NCBI GenBank assembly: GCA_054661495.1
Contig: BAAFSQ010000446.1
Location: 1-6,321 of the forward strand
Direction: 5' to 3'
Origin: Zygophlyctis sp. KS116
Taxonomy: Eukaryota; Fungi; Chytridiomycota
DNA length: 6,321 nucleotides
A program made the translations under genes and the position numbers. Of the stretch, positions 1-6,321 are shown piece after piece; position 1 is the stretch's first letter, and every line of letters begins with the position of its first letter. The notes below the pieces were generated by a model. It did not search any database. It worked only from the letters and a program-made list of their open reading frames with translations, and was not told the origin of the DNA.

Positions 1-450
1 CACATGATCTTGGAACGGGAACTCAAGCAGCTCAGGAAATCAAATTAAATGATCTAAATGGTGTAGGAATTGTTTGTCTTTTCAACAAAAGTTATTTGGT
101 GATTAATTCTTGTCTTCGTTTGAGTGAGAGTTATTTAAAGTAATTGAATTAAGTTGAAAAGTTTATATCTTTGGTTATATAAAGATATCTGGTTTCCCAG
201 ACTCTAACAAACCTGATAATATGATAGACTCGGAAACCTTGGATCAGTCTCAAACTCCAACATACTCTCGGGCCTAGTACCTTTTTTCCCTGTTCAGGGT
301 TTTTCATGGCTAGTAAATGCTTAGGATTTCTACTTGTTCTGAATTAAATTTAAGTGACTAATTTAATTCCTCTAAGAAATCTGTTGATTTTAGTTAGTTA
401 AACCTCAATCTTACTCTAAACTCAATCTGTTGGAAAACCCCGATTTTTCA

Positions 451-454
451 CAAA
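451..454. repeat. Target-site duplication CAAA (left copy)
   Basis: caaa|TGTTAC at the left junction and GCAACA|caaa at the right junction (4922-4925). Confidence 0.85.
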
Positions 455-669
455 TGTTACGGTCTGAACGATCTCAGACTGTATGAAATAAGAGTAACAA
501 CCAAAAATACTTTGTATTAAAAAGTACAAAAGATCCCTAAGTCCGAGTAAGCCTCCATAAGCACCAAGACTCGATCACTAAGCCATGTAAGCACCTAAAC
601 ATAGATCTAGCTTTATAACCTAAAACAAGAACCTAGACAGTCATTAACTTGAGTCTCTAAGACGCAACA
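455..669 (-). repeat. 3' LTR of element 1 (215 bp)
   Basis: Matches 4707-4921 except at 615/4867 and 663/4915. Minus-strand ends are TGTTGC...GTAACA, and the PPT lies immediately upstream. Confidence 0.97.
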
Positions 670-1715
670 GTACCCCCCCTCCTGAATTATCCGATTGATG
701 ATTTTCCAATTCAGCGTTAGAACTTGCTAATTCCGTGAGGCTAATCCATGGGGCTAAATACACTCCACTATGTGGGTTTTCTAATTCTGAGCCATCTGGG
801 CGCTTAAGATAATATGAGTTGTGAGGTCCGATCCCATAGATTATAAATGGGTTAACCCTTCCACTTAAATTGTAACTTTAATTTAGTATAATTTTTAAGC
901 TTCACGAATTCTCCAATCTTAAAAGTCCTATGATCCTTAGATGTACTTGCATAAGCTTCCGCATTTTGTTGAGATCTTTTTAAAGCAAGAGCTCTATTCT
1001 GTCCTAGTCTGGTTAACTCTCGTGTGGTTTGGAGAGATATATCAGATTCACTTCTGCTATAAATAAAAGTATCACCAGGGAGACGAGGATTAAGTCCATA
1101 GACGAGGTAAAATGGTGCAAATCCAGTAACATCATGTTTCCGAGCATTTAGATTAAAAACTGCAGCCGGGACGAATTCGTCCCATTTCTCGCGAGTACCC
1201 AGTGTCATTTTTGTCAACATTGCTCCTAAAGTACCATTTACTCTCTCGACCATACCATTTGTTCTTGGATGGTATGGTGTGCTTGGATAATGATTTATAG
1301 CCTGGATTTGCAGGTATTCACTTAAAGTATGCCAAGTAAAGACAGGTGCCCTGTCACTGACTATTTCTTTTGGTGCACCAAAGGCCAGCATGAGCTTGTA
1401 AATAAATTTCGCCACTGTTACGGCAGTTCTATCCGGGGTTGCTTCAGCGACTACAAAGCGTGTTGCATGATCTACGGCAACTATAATATTAGAGTTTCTC
1501 TTTTCACTTGGTTCCAGATCTTGTATAAAATCTATTGACCACCGGTAGAAGGGTAATCCAGTAGGAGGGATGGGGATAGACGGTTCTCCGCTACATCGAT
1601 TACTTCTATTTAATTGGCAGACTTTACAACTGGCTACTAGATCTTTTAAACTTTTTAGTTGCTGAGGCCACCAACCTCGAGTGCGCAGAGAATCAAATAC
1701 AGAGTCAGTGCCCAA
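644..1715 (-). pseudogene. Integrase (HHCC remnant, DDE core, GPY/F motif), frameshifted near 1716 and at 851-854
   Basis: WWP...CKVCQ, WSIDFI, IVSDRA, HPRTNGMVERVN. KWKG continues, after a 4-nt insertion, as PFIIYGIGPHNSYYLKRPDG...SGGGVLLRLRDSS* with the stop at 644-646 inside the LTR. Confidence 0.93.
673..683 (-). promoter_or_regulatory. Polypurine tract (plus-strand primer), AGGAGGGGGGG
   Basis: Purine run on the minus strand, separated from the TG of the 3' LTR by 3 nt (TAC). Confidence 0.92.
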
Positions 1716-3660
1716 AAGATTTCGTGCAGTTGAGTCACCATCTGAGTCCTCTGATTTTGACCAATGTAGGGCACCCAGTAAGATACTCCAAGATACGTCA
1801 CCTTTCTTAGTAATTTTCCATTTTTTAAATGCATATACTTCTTATTCTTTTTCAATAATGTTTTGAACATTGCCGGAAGTGAAGTGGGTAATTGAAGATT
1901 TTTAAGAATATATATAGCGAATATTGGCCAGTTTTCCATAGTAGTTTTTGAAGGGTCTTGCAGTACAGCATTTTCCAAAGGTTCTTCTTCAGAATTTTTT
2001 AGAAAAGATAGGTCGAACAACGAATCGGCATCTTCTTCTTTCTCCGAAATCGAGCTAATCAGAGATGAGTGTATATAAGATTTATTCTGATCAAACTGAT
2101 TGTCCGCTTCCGGCCTTGATAGACAATCGGCTACAACGTTTTTGGTTCCAGGAATATACGTCACCTCAAGGTTGAAATCTGATAAGAATTCTTGCCATCT
2201 ACACTGCCGCTCGTTTAATAATTGAGGTTTCTTAAAATACGTTAAATTTTTGTGGTCACAGCGTATCTTAACCGGACTATCAGTGTGAATAAGTAGGTGG
2301 CGCCAATTTTCTAAAGATGCTTTGATCGCTAGCATTTCTTTGTCATAAATGGCATAATTCCTTTCGGCACTTGTCAATGTTCGACTGTAGAAAGAAATTG
2401 GTACCTCTACTCCGGAATCACTAATCTGATGCAACGCGCCTCCTAATGCGACTTTCGAGCAATCTGTATATAGAATAAAAGTTTTTCTTCGATCAGGAAT
2501 AGATAAAAACCCTTCTTCAGCGAAACTCATCTTTAATAAGTTAAACGAAGATTCAGCATCTGCGTTCCAAATAAACTGGTTCTCCTTCTTTAGTAACGAA
2601 TAAAGGTGTCGAGCCTTTGCTGAATAATCTTTTATAAAGTTTCTATAGTAATTGCATAACCCCAAAAATCTTTGAAGAGACTTAATTCTTGTAGGAGTTT
2701 TGAAATTTAAAATTGATTGAATCTTTTCCTTTTGCATATTGACTCCTCTAGAAGAAAGTGTATGGCCAAGAAATTCCACTTCTGGTACTTCAAACACACA
2801 TTTTTCCAAGTTTGCTACCAGTTTGTTTTGCGTTAAGATGTCGAGGACTTTCAGGATCATATTTCTATGTTTGACAGGGTCTGATTCATAGATTAATATG
2901 TCATCCAGGTATGCATAAAGACCTCTACCAATCAAGTCCTGGAGAATCGTATCCATCAATTTCTGAAAGTGTCCTGGGGCGTTCTTTAATCCAAATGGGA
3001 TCACATTATACATAAATTTGCCAAATTTGGAAACAAAAGAAGTTTTCGACTCGTCCCCTTTTCGAATTCTTAACTGATGAAATGCACCTTTAAGATCAAT
3101 TTTTGTGAATAAACACCTGTTCTGTGCAGAAAGATAATGAAAAATGTCTTCAATATTAGGTAGGATAGCTTGAATAGAATCAGTAATCTTATTTAGTTCT
3201 CTATAGTCAATACAAAGCCTTAAAGACCCATCTGGTTTTTTAACAAAAAGGACTGGGCAGCCGCCATCAGCATTTGAGACTGAGATATTTCCTGATTTCA
3301 ACCCATCGTTCAAAGCGTTTCGAAGTGCGTCTTCCTCTTTGGATGAAAGCTTATAAGGGGTAGCAGAGGGCAACCTAGAACCTGGAGTGAGATTTATAGG
3401 CATGGCGCAACTTTCTTGATAATCTGGAATCTTACTTAGTTTCCCTAGATCAAACACAGACTCGTACTTTTTGAGATAATCTGGCAAGTTCGCCTCTGCA
3501 TTGTCACACTTCAATGACAATATAGAAGTGGAGCTTCCTTTGTCCTTAAAACAAACAAAGTAAACTTGCAGTTGGTCCTTCTCAGAAATTTTCTGTAAAG
3601 CTTCCATTGATACGGTGGTGGCTACAATATTTCTTTGTTTAAATTTTAGACTTCGAGTGG
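1716..3660 (-). pseudogene. pol: Pol: reverse transcriptase (about 2750-3400) and RNase H (about 2110-2480), acidic linker, start of integrase zinc finger
   Basis: VLFVKKPDGSLRLCIDYRELN, FTKIDLKGAFHQLRI, IPFGLKNAP, YLDD (2900-2911), EFLGH, LYTDCS, YDKEMLAI, CDHKNL, VADCLSR in ORF 1655-3733. Confidence 0.96.
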
Positions 3661-3683
3661 GTTTAATTTTAGACTTCGAGTGG
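3637..3683. repeat. Tandem duplication, 24-nt and 23-nt units
   Basis: gtttaaattttagacttcgagtgg (3637-3660) followed by gtttaattttagacttcgagtgg (3661-3683). Confidence 0.95.
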
Positions 3684-3726
3684 AGCAGTCGATCATTATC
3701 TGATTTTTCTCTAACCAACCCAGAAT
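3637..3726 (-). pseudogene. C-terminal remnant of the aspartic protease
   Basis: A third frame reads ILGWLEKNQIMIDCSTRSLK, resembling the retropepsin C-terminal pattern (LGxxWL....IDxxxRxLxF). It joins the pol frame if the 23-nt duplicate at 3661-3683 is removed. No D(S/T)G motif is present. Confidence 0.7.
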
Positions 3727-4643
3727 TCAACATAATCTCGGCAGACTAAACAACATTTCAACTTGAGTAGAGTTTCCTTTAAAATCGACCATTTTTCTCC
3801 TTCTAAGCTTTTCCATTTTATTTTCTGAGTATCCTGAGAAAAATTACTTAGATCCATAGGGTCACCAGCGGGTAGAGTTCCAGGAATAGTAACCGAGTAA
3901 CCATCGTGCTCCAAAGAAACAATCCTATTCGACTCTTCTGCCTTAAGATATCTCTTAATTTCTGCGTAATTTGACTTCATATCCGGATTTATTAAAAATA
4001 TATCCCTGAGATTCAATTTAACATCAGCATTCAAAGTTTTTATGACACTTAACCCGAAATCCGAGTAAACGTCAAGGCCAGCCTGAATAATCAAAGATTC
4101 AGCATCTGCTAAATGATCATGCATTCTTTTCTTTCCCTGCCTCAATTTATCCAGCTTCATTTTTGCTTGAGATCTAGATTCACGATTCATAAAATGTTCA
4201 ACAAAGCTAGAAGAGAATGCATGGAAATCACGCAATTCAGGTACATGGTAGTGACGAGATCTGTCACGCAGGGCCTGATACCAAACTTAAGCACTACCAG
4301 AGAGAAGACTAGACACAAAAGTAATCTTGGAAAAGTCATCATTAAACAATCCTGCTTTCACCTTCAGATAATCATTGACATCACCCCAAAATATATCAAA
4401 ACCTTCAGCACTACCATCGTACTGTAATGGTATTCCCAATTTTGGCGTTTTACTGATAGTAGAGTTTCTCTGAGAAAGAATATTAACCTGCTCCTGTAAA
4501 GACTGAACCATTGCAGAGAGTATTCCAAATTGGTCAGGTAGCTGAGGAGTGTGGCTTCCAGTAGGGGTATGGACTCCAACTGGGTATTCCGTATTTATAG
4601 AGAAGTTCCCTGGGGGAGTGTGAGTAGGATCCGAGAAAGACAT
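3711..4643 (-). pseudogene. gag: Gag (retrotransposon capsid-like, partial zinc knuckle), interrupted by in-frame TAA at 4287-4289
   Basis: ORFs 4287-4658 and 3711-4235 share one frame and join as LLSGSA*VWYQALRDRSRHYHVPELRDF. First ATG is at 4643. Motifs: P..YDGS, LxGxAxxWY, KLRQGK, PMDLS, CxxC. Colinear with the element 2 Gag. Confidence 0.9.
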
Positions 4644-4693
4644 TAGTTTGCACTTCAATAAACTAAAATAGACTTCTTCAAAACTATTAGGAG

Positions 4694-4704
4694 GTACTTT
4701 TTAA
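4694..4704 (-). promoter_or_regulatory. Primer-binding site of element 1, self-priming type (TTAAAAAGTAC)
   Basis: Starts 2 nt after the 5' LTR end, has no TGG, and is the exact reverse complement of the LTR 11-mer at 4769-4779. Confidence 0.82.
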
Positions 4705-4706
4705 AA

Positions 4707-4921
4707 TGTTACGGTCTGAACGATCTCAGACTGTATGAAATAAGAGTAACAACCAAAAATACTTTGTATTAAAAAGTACAAAAGATCCCTAAGTCCGAGT
4801 AAGCCTCCATAAGCACCAAGACTCGATCACTAAGCCATGTAAGCACCTAAACATAGATCTAGCTTTCTAACCTAAAACAAGAACCTAGACAGTCATTAAC
4901 TTGAGTCTCTAAGAAGCAACA
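4707..4921 (-). repeat. 5' LTR of element 1 (215 bp)
   Basis: 213/215 identical to 455-669 and lies upstream of gag on the minus strand. Confidence 0.97.
4769..4779 (-). promoter_or_regulatory. Predicted transcript 5' end / self-primer of element 1 (GTACTTTTTAA); predicted TSS about 4779
   Basis: 11/11 complementary to the PBS. The TSS is inferred by analogy to S. pombe Tf1. Confidence 0.7.
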
Positions 4922-4925
4922 CAAA
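4922..4925. repeat. Target-site duplication CAAA (right copy)
   Basis: Identical to 451-454 and directly abuts the LTR end. Confidence 0.85.
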
Positions 4926-5204
4926 CTGTTACCCCCTGTTTTAGGTGTATCAATGTTTCAATTAAAATTTGGTGATCAATTAAGCTCAAGTTACTTGAAA
5001 TTTTAAATGCTGGATTGCAAAAGCAGATGAAAAATTTGTGTATTAATTAGAAGCAATTGGATGCTTGGTTTTTCAGAAAATAAATTGGTTTTCTGAATAA
5101 CTAGTTTAATTTTTATTGATCTTTGACCAAGAGAGTTTATTGATCAATTAAGTACGAAAAAATACTAAAATCAGCTATAAAGTAAAGCCGGTTTTATCAA
5201 AATC

Positions 5205-5460
5205 TGTCAATCAGTGATTGCTTATTAAATTATCAGTCTATAAGATCCATTTAATCTTATCACTCTTATTGGTATATAATCTTATTAGAACTATTATGCT
5301 TTAGAACCTTCTAGTTTTAGGTCATCGTGTTAGGTTGAAACACGTCGGACCTTTCCTTTGTAGAAAATATCAATAAAGATATTTACTATAAATGTAATTA
5401 CTCAATAAAGATATTTACCATAAAGGGTTTTATCTGAGGTCATTAAGTTTAGATCTCACA
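5205..5460 (+). repeat. Putative 5' LTR of element 2 (end at 5460 well supported; start at TGT 5205, alternatively TGTTAG 5328)
   Basis: Ends ...CTCACA and contains TATATAA (5273-5279), two AATAAA and a U5-like hairpin. The partner LTR is outside the window, so the start is a guess. Confidence 0.55.
5370..5424 (+). repeat. 23-bp direct repeat (22/23 identical, 32-nt period), each copy with AATAAA
   Basis: tcaataaagatatttactataaa (5370-5392) and tcaataaagatatttaccataaa (5402-5424). Confidence 0.93.
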
Positions 5461-5462
5461 GA

Positions 5463-5473
5463 ATATTTTCTAC
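5463..5473 (+). promoter_or_regulatory. Primer-binding site of element 2, self-priming type (ATATTTTCTAC)
   Basis: 2 nt after the ACA end and the exact reverse complement of GTAGAAAATAT at 5360-5370. Confidence 0.8.
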
Positions 5474-5477
5474 CTCA

Positions 5478-6321
5478 ATGTCTGAATCTAGACCTTCTTC
5501 GCCGTTGGACAATGTCTTATCCAATACGGCAAATATTGAACAATTAATAAATAAGCAAAATGAAATGGAGGGACTGCTTGGTCAAATGTATCAAATGATG
5601 AATAAGTTACAAGGGAATCAAGCCACCATTTTGAAAGAGGGCAGCGTCAGGAAAGACGCGAAGCTACCAGATGTTAAAGAGTTCTCGGGTAAACCTCAAG
5701 ATTTTTCTCAATTTGAAATCTTATTGGAATCTTTTTTTAGAAATCAGCCTACCAGATTCTCACAGGATTACACGAGAATTGATTATGTTGGTTCTCGTCT
5801 TGTTGGTAATGCATTGGAGTGGTTTACCTCTCTTCGTTTAGGTGAAAAGAAGCGCCCTTCGGAGCTTTCTACTTCTTATTCTGCATTTTGGGAACGATTC
5901 AGTCTAGCCTTTGCCGATCCAAATGAATCTGATGTAGCCGAAAATGAATTATATACTTTGAAACAAGGGGTCACATCTATAAGAGCTTTTATAACCAAAT
6001 TTGAATCAGTTCGTGCATGTACAGTGTCAACAGATGATCGAATCGATGTCTTCATTCGGGCCCTGAACTCAAAAGGAAATTTTGGATAGTGCTCGTTTCC
6101 AGCCAAAACTCAAAACAGATTATCTGGTTCTTCGGTCATTCTTGCTTCAGGGGGTTTCTAATAATGAGATTTGCACGGAAACAGGCATAGCTCCCATGGA
6201 TTTGTCTCGTATGGAACATTTCTCAAAGTCTAAATGGAAATTTATAGCTCCTGAGGAATATCAACAGTTCAAAAAATCTTGCGCTTCTATAAATCTCTGC
6301 TTCAAATGTCGCGAATTTAAG
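5478..6321 (+). pseudogene. gag: Gag of element 2, frameshifted near 6072, running off the window end
   Basis: Coiled-coil-like N-terminus, LPDVKEFSGK, LVGNALEWF, LKQG. From 6073 the +1 frame reads KEILDSARFQP...APMDLSRMEHFSKSKWKFI...LCFKCREFK, matching element 1 PMDLS...KWK...CLVCRDY. Confidence 0.88.

Larger units (their letters stand above)
455..4921 (-). mobile_element. Ty3/Gypsy (Metaviridae) LTR retrotransposon with both LTRs, coding-defective (element 1, 4467 bp)
   Basis: Direct 215-bp terminal repeats with TG...CA ends, flanking CAAA duplication, PPT next to the 3' LTR, and domain order gag-RT-RH-IN (integrase after RNase H is the Gypsy order). Confidence 0.97.
5205..6321 (+). mobile_element. 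Second Ty3/Gypsy LTR retrotransposon (element 2), 5' part only; left boundary uncertain
   Basis: Gag homologous to element 1, preceded by a CA-ending LTR-like segment and a self-complementary PBS. Confidence 0.8.

Noticed and set aside
165-188. 8-bp inverted repeat ATATCTTT/AAAGATAT
   Set aside because: Short and AT-rich, plausible by chance.
288-314. Helitron-like 3' end (CCCTG-TT-CAGGG, 10 nt, CTAG-T)
   Set aside because: The hairpin is too short and there is no other Helitron evidence.
450-454. 5-bp TSD ACAAA
   Set aside because: On the right side the first A (4921) is the LTR's terminal base, so only CAAA is duplicated outside the LTRs.
670-850. Chromodomain or env-like ORF after integrase
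   Set aside because: The space is filled by the integrase tail and no chromodomain motif is visible.
1329-1538. 69-aa plus-strand ORF
   Set aside because: Antisense shadow of the integrase core with no recognisable motif.
1681-1866. 61-aa plus-strand ORF
   Set aside because: Antisense shadow of pol with a non-ATG start.
3711-3733. Gag/pol overlap as a programmed frameshift
   Set aside because: No clear slippery heptamer; better explained by the deletion plus the 23-nt duplication.
4113-4427. 104-aa plus-strand ORF
   Set aside because: Antisense to gag with no independent coding evidence.
4364-4579. 71-aa minus-strand ORF
   Set aside because: Out-of-frame overlap inside gag.
4690-4706. 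Canonical tRNA primer-binding site
   Set aside because: No TGG complementary to the tRNA CCA end after the LTR in either element.
5370-5424. CRISPR-like repeat-spacer-repeat
   Set aside because: Only two copies with a 9-nt spacer, inside a eukaryotic LTR.
5876-6106. 76-aa minus-strand ORF
   Set aside because: Antisense shadow of element 2 gag.

Overview
AT-rich eukaryotic (probably fungal) DNA with two related Ty3/Gypsy LTR retrotransposons arranged head-to-head. Element 1 (455-4921, minus strand) has both 215-bp LTRs (2 mismatches), a 4-bp CAAA target-site duplication, a polypurine tract and gag-(PR remnant)-RT-RNaseH-IN. It carries five coding lesions, including loss of the protease active site. 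Element 2 (plus strand, from about 5205 to beyond the window end) shows a putative 5' LTR and a frameshifted gag. Neither element has a tRNA primer-binding site. Instead, each has an 11-nt sequence 2 nt downstream of the LTR end that is perfectly complementary to an 11-mer inside its own LTR. The two 11-mers differ in sequence but keep the pairing, which is the signature of Tf1-type self-primed reverse transcription. Element 1 may also pair a Tf2/chromovirus-like RT-RH with an integrase of another lineage (no chromodomain, 4-bp TSD).
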